From an uncultured delta proteobacterium (GTDB lineage: Bacteria > Desulfobacterota > Desulfobacteria > Desulfobacterales > Desulfosalsimonadaceae), in the NCBI GenBank assembly GCA_963826785.1, contig CAWGYD010000005.1, positions 96,001 through 160,000 of the forward strand: a stretch of DNA of 64,000 nucleotides, read 5' to 3'. How positions within the stretch are numbered: the first letter of the stretch is position 1; every line of letters starts with the position of its first letter. Made by a program: the position numbers and the translations under genes. Shown here one piece after another: positions 39,890-50,624 of the stretch. The notes beneath the pieces are model-generated. The model saw only the letters and a program-made list of their open reading frames with translations, did not search any database and was not told where the DNA came from.

Positions 39890-41008
39890 ATGGAATTGAT
39901 TTCAACAATTAAAACCCGATCAAAACCCTCCGAGGCGGTTTCTGAATTCTGAGGCCGACTGCTTTCCGAAAAGCAGGTGGATGCTGTTCTGGTCGCGGCA
40001 AACACGCCGTATTCCGATCTGCCCATGCCGGCTTTGATCACCGACCCGGAACAGATGACGGCGGCCCGCCCCCTTGCACCGGCCGCCCCGTTCAATGCCG
40101 CCCGCCAGGCAAGCGCGGTGCTGCGGCAGAAAACGGGCAAACGGATCGCCCTGGTGCTCCGGCCCTGCGAGGTCCGGGCCCTGATCGAGTTGGCCAAGCT
40201 CAACCAGTGCAGCCTGGACAACGCCCTGCTCATCAGCTTTGAATGCGCCGGCCGCATGGAAAATGCGGATTTTCTGGAACAGGTGAAACAGGACCCGGCG
40301 TTTTTCGAAAAGTTCAACCTGATGGCGGACCCATCAACCCTCATCTGTCCCTCCTGCCGGGCTTGCACGCACTTTGCGCCAACCGGCGCAGATATTGTAT
40401 TCAACCTGATATCCGTCCCCGCAGACCAGTACATCGGCATCAGCGCCGGCACGGAAGCGGGCCGGGACCTGATTGAGAAGCTGAAGATCGGTGCAGAAGA
40501 TGCCATCCGGCCACAGGATGAGCGGATGGCGGAGTTAAAATCAAAGCGGCAAGCGGAAAAAGAGGCCCTGGCAGCGCGGGTTTCGGATGAGACCGGGCGC
40601 ATGGAAAAATTCCAGCACTACTTTGCCCACTGCCTGAACTGCTCCAACTGCCGGGTGGCCTGCCCGGTCTGCTACTGCCGGGAGTGCGTGTTTGTCACCG
40701 AGGCGTTTGACTACCCGCCCGAAATCCTGTTCAGGCGGGCGGAGAAAAAGGGGATGATCAAGCTCCCCCAGGACACCTCCATGTTCCATCTCACCCGCAT
40801 GGCCCACATGGCGCACGCCTGCGTGGGCTGCGGCCAGTGCAGCAGCGCCTGCCCCAGCCATATCCCGGTGGCAGACGTTTTCATCGCGGTGGGCCAACAG
40901 GTCCAGGAGCTTTACGGGTACGAACCGGGACGGGACCTTGCAGAAAAAATCCCGCTGCTCGATTTTGGGGCCGTATCGGAAAAGCAAAAACAGGATATCC
41001 ATCATTGA
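39890..41008 (+). CDS. FdhB/FrhB-family Fe-S subunit (in-frame TGA at 39950; alternative GTG start at 39977)
   Basis: LRPCEVRALIELAK..Q..LDN..EC, CLNCSNCRVACPVCYCREC, FHLTRMAHMAHACVGCGQCSSACP. Confidence 0.8.
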
Positions 41009-43331
41009 CCGCACCTGAGAAAAAATATGACATCGTGGTGGCCGGGGCCGGGATCAGCGGGATCCACGCGGCCATCGAACTGGCGGAGATGGACTGCCGG
41101 GTGCTGCTGCTTGACCGGGCAAACACCATCGGCGGGCTGCTCATGCAGCTGGACCACCAGTTTCCCGGCAACGGCTGCGGCATGTGCCGCATGCTGCCCA
41201 TGATCGGCACCGACGAGTGCACCAGCACCTGCCTCCGCCGGGGGCTCGACCATGAGCGCATCGATATCATGACCTCCACGGAGATCGCCTCTGTTTCAGG
41301 AAGCCCGGGCGATCTGACCGTCAGTCTGAAAGTGGGCGCAGAGGCAGAGTCAAAATCCATGGAAATCATCGATGTCGGGGCGGTGATTTTCGCCCCCGGG
41401 GTGGAGCTGTTCGATCCGGCTGCCGTGGATGTTTACGGATACGGCGTTTTACCCAATGTGGTGACCGCACTTTCTTTTGAACAGATGTTGAGCAGCAGCG
41501 GCCCGGACGGGGGGAAACTGTTGCGGCCTTCGGACAGGCAGCCGGTCCGGCGCATCGCCTGGGTGCAGTGCGTGGGCTCCCGGAATATCATGCTGGATGC
41601 CCCCCACTGCTCCACCTCCTGCTGCATGTTTGCCGTCAAAGAGGCCATGCTGGCCCGGGAGAAGCTGGGGCCGGATGCGGAGACCACGATCTATTATATG
41701 GATATGCGGACCTTCGGCCGGGATTACCAGCGGTACCGGGACCGGGCCGAGGCATCCGGCGTCCGGTTTGTGCGCTGCCGCATCCACAGCATCGACCCGG
41801 GGGACGCGCCCGGGGATCTGAAGATCACCTATGTGACCCCGGAAGGGGAAAAGAGGGGAAGAGATTCATCGATCTGGCGGTCCTCTCCACCGGCGGGCGA
41901 TCCCTGCGGCAAAATCCCGAATTTGCATCGCATGAAGGGGTGTACACCCTCGAAGCCGGGCCGGATATTAAAGAGATCGCCGAATCGGTTATCCAGGCGC
42001 AGGTGATCGCTGGAAGGGCGTATGAATCCATCCGGCAGGACAGGAGCGAAACGCCGGGGAAAGGCAATGATGCAATATCCCACAGAGATGCGCAGAAAGT
42101 GAAAAAATCCGCCCTGGTGGTGGGCGGCGGCCCGGCCGGGCTCTCCGCCTCCCTGTGCCTGGCCCGGAATGGTGCCGATGTGGTCATCGTGGAAAAAAGC
42201 GACCGCCTGGGCGGAAACCTCCCCCACATTCTTTCCCCGGAAATCCGCTCCGGGATTGAAGAGCTGATCAGTAAAGCAGAAGCGCATCCCCGCATCCGGA
42301 TATTTAAAAAGGCCGAGGTGCTCACCCACGAAGGGATCACCGGCCGCTTTTCTTCCTGCATCCGTCTAGATTCCGGCGAAGAGACGAAAATCGCCCATGG
42401 GGCGGCCGTCCTGGCCATGGGCGGAAATCCGGCCAAAACGAATGCGTACGGCCTGGGTTCGCATGATCAGATCATCACCCAGCTTGAACTGTCGCGCCGC
42501 CTGGACGAAAACGGATCCGGCATGCCGCCAAAAACGGTGGTGATGATCCAGTGCGCCGGCTGCCGGGAGGCGCCGCAAAACTTTTGCAGCCGGATCTGCT
42601 GCACCCATGCCCTTCAAAACGCCGTCCGCATCCGGGAAATGGATCCCAAGGCCCAGGTGTATGTCTTTTACCGGGACATCATGACCATGGGAAATGAAGA
42701 GCAACTTTACACTGAGGCCCGGCAAAAAGGGGTGCTGTTCATCCCCTTTGACAAGGATGACAAGCCAACGGTCAGCCTGGCTTCGGGCAACCCCGAAGTC
42801 ATTGGATATGATCCGGTCATGGGCGAGGAGATCCGCCTGCAGCCGGACCTGGTGGTACTTTCGACCGGTGTTGCGCCTGCGCCCGCTGAAGATCTATCAG
42901 AAATTTTCCGGATCGAACTGACCGAGGACGGGTTTTTGAAAGAGGCCGACACCAAGTGGCGGCCGGTGGATACAATGCGGGCAGGCGTTTTTGCCGCCGG
43001 CCTGGGCCGTGCGCCCTTGAAGGCGGAAGCCGCCATGCGGGAAGGGGAGGCCGCGGCATATCGGGCACTTCGCATTCTGAATCGAAAGATTCTGCTGCCC
43101 AATCAAGTTTCAGCAAATGTTAAGCCGGCGCTCTGCTCTGGCTGCCAGGTGTGCATTCCCGCATGCCCCTATGCGGCCCGCTACCTGGATGCACTCACCG
43201 GTAAAGCCATGGTGGATGCGGCTGCCTGCCAGGGGTGCGGCGCCTGCGTGGCCGCCTGTCCTAATAAGGCGAGTTATCTGCTCAGCAATGAAGATGCAAA
43301 GATTACGGAATTGATTGAAGAGATATTATGA
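41005..43331 (+). CDS. Second HdrA-like flavoprotein with two FAD modules (frameshift at ~41855)
   Basis: GAGISG..QLDHQFP..CVGSR..CSTSCCM in one frame; DLAVLSTG, GGGPAG, CAGCR..CSRICC and C-terminal 2x4Fe-4S in another. Confidence 0.85.
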
Positions 43332-44556
43332 AGATTACCGAACGCAAACCCTCAGACATCGCCCAGAACGCTCCCAGCCGACCCGCCGGAAGCAATACCT
43401 GGACATGTGCCTCTCCTGCGGCACGTGCTCGGCCGGGTGCCCCATCACCGGCATGAGCGGATTCGATCCCCGCAAGATCGTGCGCATGGTCCTCTATGGC
43501 CGGGACCGGGAACTGGTGGACTCAAAGCTTCCCTGGCTGTGCACCATGTGCGGCAAATGCGAGCACGCCTGCCCCATGGGGATCAACATCGTCAACATCA
43601 TCCGCACGGTCCGGGGCATGGTGGACCGGGAGGCGGTGCCGGGGATGATCCACAAGGGGGTGGAGCTGGGGCTTGAGACCGGCAACAACCTGGGCCTTCC
43701 GGCCGAGGATTTCCAGTTTATCATCGAGGATGTGGCCGAGGAACTGGCGGCCGAACCCGGGTTTGAAGATTTTACCATCCAGTTCGACAAGAAGGGCGCC
43801 AACCTGCTCCACACCCTGCACAACAAACTGGTCAACACCCAGAACGAGGACCTGGTCCACTGGTGGAAGATTTTCCATATGGCCGGCGAGGACTTCACCA
43901 TCCCCAGCACCAACTGGGAGGGGGTGAACTGGGGCCTGTTCTCCGGGGACGATGCCGCCATGAAAACTTTTGTGGGCCGAATCGTCGAGCACATGGAGCA
44001 GCTGGAGGTCAAAAACCTCATGTACCCGGAATGAGGGCACGCCTACATGGCAACCCGGTTCGGGCTGCAAAAATGGTTTCCGGATTTCTTCGAGCGCTTC
44101 GGCACATACACGGTATTCGATCTGCTGGTGGACTACATTCAGTCCGGCCGGATCACCCTGGACAAATCGGTCATCACCCAGAGGGCCGCCTACCATGATC
44201 CCTGCAATTACGGCCGCAAGTCCGAGGAGCTTTTCGGCCACGGGTACTTCGAGGAGCCCCGCTGGGTGATGGACCAGTGCATTGCCGACTGGGTGGACCT
44301 TTTCCCCGCAAAAGGCAACCAGTACTGCTGCGGCGGGGGAGGGGGGACGCTGCTCACCCCCTACAAGGAGGAGCGCTTCCATTACGGCCAAAAAAAGATC
44401 GAACAGATCAGACGCACCGGCGCCCAACTGATCGTCGTCCCCTGTCACTCCTGCCACGGCCAGATCAAGGCCCTTTTGGAGGCGCATGACCTATCCGAAA
44501 TCCAGGTCAAATACCTGTGGGAAGTGGTGGCCGATGCCCTGGTGACTGGCAAATAA
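43328..44556 (+). CDS. HdrD/DsrK-like 4Fe-4S + CCG-domain oxidoreductase, probable selenoprotein (TGA at 44032-44034)
   Basis: CLSCGTCSAGCP, CTMCGKCEHACP, then YPE-TGA-GHAY in frame with YHDPCNYGR, CCGGGGG, PCHSC; the start is uncertain (probable 5' indel). Confidence 0.85.
44035..44068 (+). promoter_or_regulatory. Candidate bacterial SECIS hairpin
   Basis: GCA-A-CCC[GGTTC]GGG-C-TGC; the apical loop starts with G, 22 nt after the UGA. Confidence 0.6.
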
Positions 44557-44919
44557 AGTTTTTTTTCAAATTTGCGGCTGTTAAAAACATCAACGAAACT
44601 CGACCACCTGATTCTTCTACACTCAAACGAAGCGCTGATAATCTTCTTCCTGAATAAAGCTTCACTAATTTCCCTTCCAAGTTGTATGCCCCCTCATTTC
44701 TTGTAATTTTGAGTAATTTTTTGTTTCCGAAATCCTCTCCGGTTATGCGTATCAGAACAAATTTTGGGATGGCTTAACAAAAATTGTCACTTTAACAAGC
44801 TGACATTTTTTATTCGCACAATTTGCATTGAGACTTCTTATTAAAAGCTGATAACTAAGAATCTAATATTTCATATGTTAATCTATTGAATAGATTTAAA
44901 TTATAGATAAGTCCCGTTA

Positions 44920-44935
44920 CGGCATAATATTTGCA
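44920..44935 (+). promoter_or_regulatory. Sigma54 (-24/-12) promoter
   Basis: CGGCATAATATTTGCA = GG-N10-GC, about 30 nt upstream of the riboswitch. Confidence 0.65.
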
Positions 44936-44964
44936 AATTCAATTTTGTTTAGATCAATTTAAAC

Positions 44965-45045
44965 GATATTTTTAGGCCAAAACCATCGCGAGGTGGTGAC
45001 GGAAAGCCACGGGTCTTACAGAGACAGCCGGGTTGCATGAAACAC
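44965..45045 (+). ncRNA. GEMM-I / c-di-GMP-I class riboswitch aptamer
   Basis: GGCCAAAACCATC-GCGA-GGTGGTGACGGAAAGCCACGGGTCT-TACAG-AGACAGCCGGGTTGC follows the GEMM-I layout (P2 with GYRA tetraloop, GAC..AAAGCC junction, P3). Confidence 0.85.
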
Positions 45046-45066
45046 CAGTGCACACCCGGTTTTTTA
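45028..45066 (+). terminator. Riboswitch expression-platform terminator
   Basis: CCGGGTTGCA...TGCACACCCGG-TTTTTT overlaps the 3' strand of the aptamer. Confidence 0.75.
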
Positions 45067-45165
45067 TTTGGAGGAAGAAATCGGATAAAAACCTAATAAC
45101 TGCATAATTTAATTTTTCTATAATCAATCTGTTTTTTTCAGTCAACTCTTTGAGGGGAGGGTTCC

Positions 45166-48100
45166 ATGAAGAAGTTCAGCTGCAGGACCGGTTTGGCCGG
45201 TTCCAGACCCAACATCAGCAACCATCACATCCACTTCGTCAAAATTCTACTGTTTTTATCACTATGTCTATTCATGTGCAGTGCCCCCGGTATAACTGTG
45301 GCCGCCCTGGCTGCGCCTTTCGAATGGCCGAGCTCTTGGGAACTGATTTATACCGATGAGCCCCAGAGTGGATGCACTCCTGAAAGAGACATCCGGGAAA
45401 TTTATCATAATTATGATTATGACACCGGATACTATTTTTTACGCATGCGCTGTGCCGGGACTGTGGGTTGGGCGCCAGGAGGCAATTGGAACGGGGTGCG
45501 TTACAAATGGTTTTTCGATGGAGACGGCAACGGAACTTACCAGGGGGGGAAAGCACTAAATTATGAAATTACCTTTGTCGTGGAAGATACGGACAGCGAA
45601 AATCCTTCTGACAAGGGCGACGGTCTGGGCGAGATTTATCTTTATATTGGAGGCGTTTTACAGCTGGGTCCCCTGGACGGAAGCGGAACACCGGGACTTG
45701 CAGGAGCAGGTGAAACCCAGGGCGTAAAAGGTGAAATCGGGTACCGGCTGGTGGATAATAATTATATCGATATGTACATCTCCTATGACCTGATGCCCGA
45801 CATTCGACGAATATTCAGATATCGCCCAGATATTCTTTGCCACCGACAATGAACAGGGCCAACTCCAATCCGCATCAGACTGCGATCGTCCTGGTGACTT
45901 CTTTACCCCCGAACCGGGAATTGACATTGCCAAAACAATATTGGACGTCGATAGCGAAGGGGCGACGGCAAGCGTGGATGAGGTCGGAGATATCATCACG
46001 TACCAGGTGGTGGTGACCAACACCGGAAATGTCGACCTGAACGGGGTTTTACTTTCGGACACACTTGTTCCTGCAGTCGGTTCAGAAGCCGAATCCATTA
46101 CCGACAATGACATCCTTGAAATCGGCGAATCCTGGACATGGACATATACCTATTCCGCCACACAATCCGATATTGATACGAACGGCGGCGGATCGGGCTA
46201 TATTCAAAATACGGCGACCGTGAGCACTGATGAAATCGCGGATCAAAGTTCAAGCGCAGCGGTTCCCATCAATCAAAACCCCGCGTATACCATCGAAAAA
46301 TCTGTAACTGATGTGGATGGAGCGGGCGCCACCGGCCATGTGGATGCGGCCGGGGATGTAATCGCCTATCAAATCGTGATCACCAACACCGGCAACCAGA
46401 CATTGACCGGCGTATCCGTTAATGATCCCCTACTCGGAAGCCTTACAGGTCCGACAGAATCGCTTGTTATTGATGGTGATCTGGCGGTGGGCGAAACATG
46501 GACATACACTGGCAGCTATACCGCACTGCAGTCGGATATTGATAATAATGGCGGCGGCGACGGCGATATCGACAATACCGCCACCGTGGACTGCAATCAA
46601 CTCGATGCTGAAACCGACAGCGCAGAAGTCATTCTGGACCAGAACGCCTCATACACCATCACCAAGGAAGTGACCGATGTGGATGGCGGAGGACCTTCGG
46701 CCCATGCCGATGCAGCGGGTGACGTGATCGCCTATCGAATTTCGGTGGAAAACACAGGTAATACGAGCCTGACCGGGATTACCCTTAATGATTCGCTCCT
46801 AGGATCTCTGTCCGTTCCTTCGGGAGACACCACAAATCCGGGCACTCTGGATGTGGGCGAAACATGGATATACACTGGCAGCTATACCGTGCTGCAGTCG
46901 GATATTGATAATAATGGCGGCGGCGACGGCGATATCGACAATACCGCCACCGTGGACTGCAATGAGCTTGGTGCTGAAACCGACAGCGCTGCGGTTATTC
47001 TGGATCAGAATGCCTCATACACCATCACCAAGGAAGTGACCGATGTGGATGGCGGAGGACCTTCGGCCCATGCCAATGAAGCCGGGGATGTGATTGACTA
47101 CCGGATATCGGTGGAGAACACCGGCAATACGAGCCTGACCGGAGTAACACTTAATGATTCGCTCCTCGGGGCTCTGTCCGCTCCTTCGGGGGACAACACC
47201 AATCCGGGCACTCTGGATGTGGGCGAAACCTGGGTTTACATCGACTCCTACACCGTGCTGCAGTCGGATATTGACAACAATGGCGGCGGTGACGGCGACA
47301 TCGATAATACCGCCACCGTGGACTGCAATGAACTGGATGCTGAAACCGACAGCGTAGCGGTTATTCTGGATCAGAACCCTTCATATAACATTGTAAAAAC
47401 AGTTACCGACGTCGGCGGCGGCGGACCTTCGGGCAGTGTCGATGCAGCAGGAGATGTGATCAGTTACCGGATATCGGTGGAAAATACCGGAACACAAGCT
47501 TGACCGGGGTATCTGTTACGGACCCGCTCCTCGGAAGCCTGTCCGCTCCCACGGGTGACAGCACCAATCCGGGGACTCTGGATGTGGGTGAAACCTGGGT
47601 TTACACCGGCTCCTACACCGTGCAGCAGTCGGATATTGACAATAATGGCGGCGGCGACGGAGATATCGACAATACGGCCACTGTCAACTGCAGTGAATTG
47701 AGTGCCGAATCTGACAGTGCGGCTGTTCCTGTGTCTGGTTCTCCTTCGTATTCCATTATTAAGGAAGTGACCGACGTGGATGGCGGCGGACCTTTGGCCC
47801 ATGCCAGTGAAGCAGGCGATGTAATCGACTATCGAATTTCGGTTGAAAACACCGGCAATACAAGCCTCACCGGCTTAACCCTCGATGATTCGCTCCTCGG
47901 AACTTTGACCGTTTCCTCCGGTGATACCACCAATCCTAATGTTCTGGACGTGAACGAAACCTGGGTCTACATCGGCAGCTACACCGTAATACAGTCGGAT
48001 ATTGACAATAATGGCGGCGGTGACGGCGACATCGACAATACCGCCACCGTGGACTGCAATGAACTGGATGCTGAAACAGACAGCGCTGCGGTCATTCTGG

Positions 48101-49694
48101 ATCAGAATGCCTCATACATCACCACCAAAACGGTCACCGATGTGGATGGCGGCGGACCTTCAGCCCATGCCAATGAAGCCGGCGATGTCATCACTTATCA
48201 AATTTCGGTTGAAAACACCGGCAATACGAGCCTGACCGGGGTAACCGTCAACGACCCGCTCCTCGGAGCTCTATTCACTCCCACAGGGGACAACACCAAT
48301 CCGGGTATTCTGGATGTGGGCGAAACATGGGTTTATACCGGCTCCTACACGGTGACACAGTCGGATCTTGACAATAATGGCGGCGGCGACGGCGACATCG
48401 ACAACACGGCCACCACGGACTGCAATGAACTCGATGCTGAAACCGACAGCGTAGCGGTCATTCTGGATCAGAATGCCTCATATACCATCACCAAGACGGT
48501 CACCGACGTGGATGGGGGCGGATCTTCTGCCCATGCCAATGCAGCCGGGGATGTCATCACTTATCAGATTTCGGTGGTAAACACCGGCAATACAAGCCTG
48601 ACCGGCATATCCGTCAACGATCCCCTCCTTGGAAGCTTGTCCGGCCCCACAGGCGATAGCACCAATGTTGGTACCTGGATGTGGCCGAAACATGGGTTTA
48701 CACCGGCTCCTACACAGTGGTGCAGTCGGATATTGACAATAATGGCGGCGGCGACGGCGATATTGACAATACCGTCACCGTGGACTGCAATGAACTGGAT
48801 GCTGAATCCGACAGTGCAGCGGTCATTCTGGACCAGAATGCATCATATGTCATTACAAAGACGGTTACCGACGTGGATGGTGGCGGCGCAACCGCTCATG
48901 TCGATGCCGTTGGTGACATCATCGCTTACCAGATAGTGGTGACCAATACCGGGAATGCCAACATTACCGGGGTTTCAGTAAGTGATCCGCTTCTTGGGGC
49001 GATGAATGGGCTGGTTGAATCGATTGCAAGTGACAGCATTCTGCAAATCAATGAAACCTGGACATATACCGGAAGTTATACAGTGCTGCAGTTGGATATT
49101 GACAATAATGGCGGTGGCGACGGAGATATCGACAATATGGCCACTTTGAGCAGCAACGAATTGTCGGATAAAACCGATGCGGTATCCGTGGCAATTGATT
49201 ATAACCCGGCGTACACCCTTTCCAAAACCATCGCGGATGTCGGCGGGAACGGCCCAACTGGTGTGGTCAAATCCGCCGGAACTGCCATTACATACAATAT
49301 TGTTCTGACCAATACCGGAAATTCGGCTTTAACCGGCGTATTACTGAGCAATCAAACCGCCACGCTTGGGGGGATAACCGAATCCGTCAGCGCCAATGGC
49401 ATTCTGGATGTCGGCGAACAGTGGACGTGTACCGCCACATACTTGGTGACTCAATCGGATATCGACAATAGAGGTATTGATGCAACTGGTGCCGCAGATG
49501 GAGATGGTGATATTGACAGCACCACCACGGCCGACTGTAATGAATTGTCTGCAATATACGCCAGTGCAGCAGTCCGGATCTACGCTTATGTCAGCATCCC
49601 CACCTTAAACGAATGGGGCATGATCATCATGTCCATCCTGATGCTGGGCTTTACCATCTATTTTATGAGGCGCAGCAAATCACAGGAAATTTAA
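45166..49694 (+). CDS. Large surface protein with 10 tandem ~122-aa DUF11-like Ig repeats and an IPTL-CTERM sorting signal (split by 3 indels at ~45803, ~47490, ~48675)
   Basis: N-terminal hydrophobic signal; repeats YxIxKxVTDVD..YxIxVxNTGN..QSDIDNNGGGDGDIDNTATV; C-terminus IPTLNEWGMIIMSILMLGFTIYFMRRSK; each break is repaired by a single base. Confidence 0.88.
45915..49580 (+). repeat. Coding tandem repeat, ~366-bp unit x10
   Basis: CAGTCGGATATTGA(C/T)AA(C/T)AATGGCGGCGG.GACGG recurs about every 366 bp; the first and last units are diverged. Confidence 0.92.
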
Positions 49695-49717
49695 ATTTCA
49701 ATCCATAACATAAGATT

Positions 49718-49750
49718 CAGAATGGGCGGTTCTTTGAACCGCCCATTCTG
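49718..49750 (+). terminator. Terminator-like hairpin after the surface protein gene
   Basis: CAGAATGGGCGGTTC-TTT-GAACCGCCCATTCTG perfect 15-bp stem. Confidence 0.75.
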
Positions 49751-50179
49751 TTAAATACACTTCCTTTTCATCTCCAAATCTCTTCAGCACGGTATTTTTG
49801 CCCTCACTAAATGATCTCTCAGCAACCTGTTCTGCGTATCCCGTCAATCGACAATTTTGACGAAAAGATCTTAAATTGTCGAAATAAGACCGCTCGATTT
49901 TCGATTCAACCATCTGTGTTTTAAGTGAATTCAATATTGGCATGATTATTGATATGTATTTAAGCAATAATCACGCTTGGCAATAGGGAATCCCCCAACA
50001 TCAAAAACACAGAAACAGCAGAACAAGCCCGGAGCCGGTCAGGCCTTGTCTGTCCATGATGATACGCGCATGGCCCAGCTCTCCGTTTAAAATATCCCCT
50101 TGAGCGTGCCTTTTCGTGGCACGCTCAAGGGGAGACAAAACCAGCTGCCTTATTCCCACATTTTAAGAAGGAGATTCGT

Positions 50180-50593
50180 ATGCGCAACTCAGAAAACAAG
50201 ATGGGAAAGTTATGCGTTCGAACCGCATGGATTTTTGCTGCAATTCTGTTGTTGTTACCTGCGGCTTCCAGTGCATTCGAAATTGAGATCGATGTAACTC
50301 CGAATGTACTGAATCTGTCCAGCAACGGGGAGGTGGTGACGGTCCACACCAACATTGAGTATGGATGGGTGGATGTTTCCTCATTGTATCTCGATGGCTT
50401 GCCCATCAGCAGCTGGAAGGCAGATGACCGCGGATATTTTGTGGCCAAATTCTTGATGGAGGATATCAAAGGTCTGCCGCTTGTCATTGATGAGCCGAAT
50501 ACTTTCAAATTGGTGGGTTTGACCACCAATGGAATTGCATTCTGGGGTGAAGAAGACGTTTTGATCATCCAAATGCTTCCGAAAGGAAGATAA
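50180..50593 (+). CDS. Exported hypothetical protein
   Basis: RBS AAGGAG, signal-peptide-like segment, beta-rich mature region. Confidence 0.75.
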   Translation: MRNSENKMGKLCVRTAWIFAAILLLLPAASSAFEIEIDVTPNVLNLSSNGEVVTVHTNIEYGWVDVSSLYLDGLPISSWKADDRGYFVAKFLMEDIKGLPLVIDEPNTFKLVGLTTNGIAFWGEEDVLIIQMLPKGR

Positions 50594-50624
50594 TCCCAAA
50601 ACCCAAAACAAAAAGGAGAAGCAG

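Noticed and set aside
44556..44920. AT-rich stretch as a genomic-island boundary
   Set aside because: No integrase, tRNA or direct repeats; consistent with a regulatory region
45915..49580. Regularly spaced near-identical motifs as a possible CRISPR array
   Set aside because: The period is ~366 bp, the whole unit is homologous and protein-coding, and there are no unique spacers or cas genes
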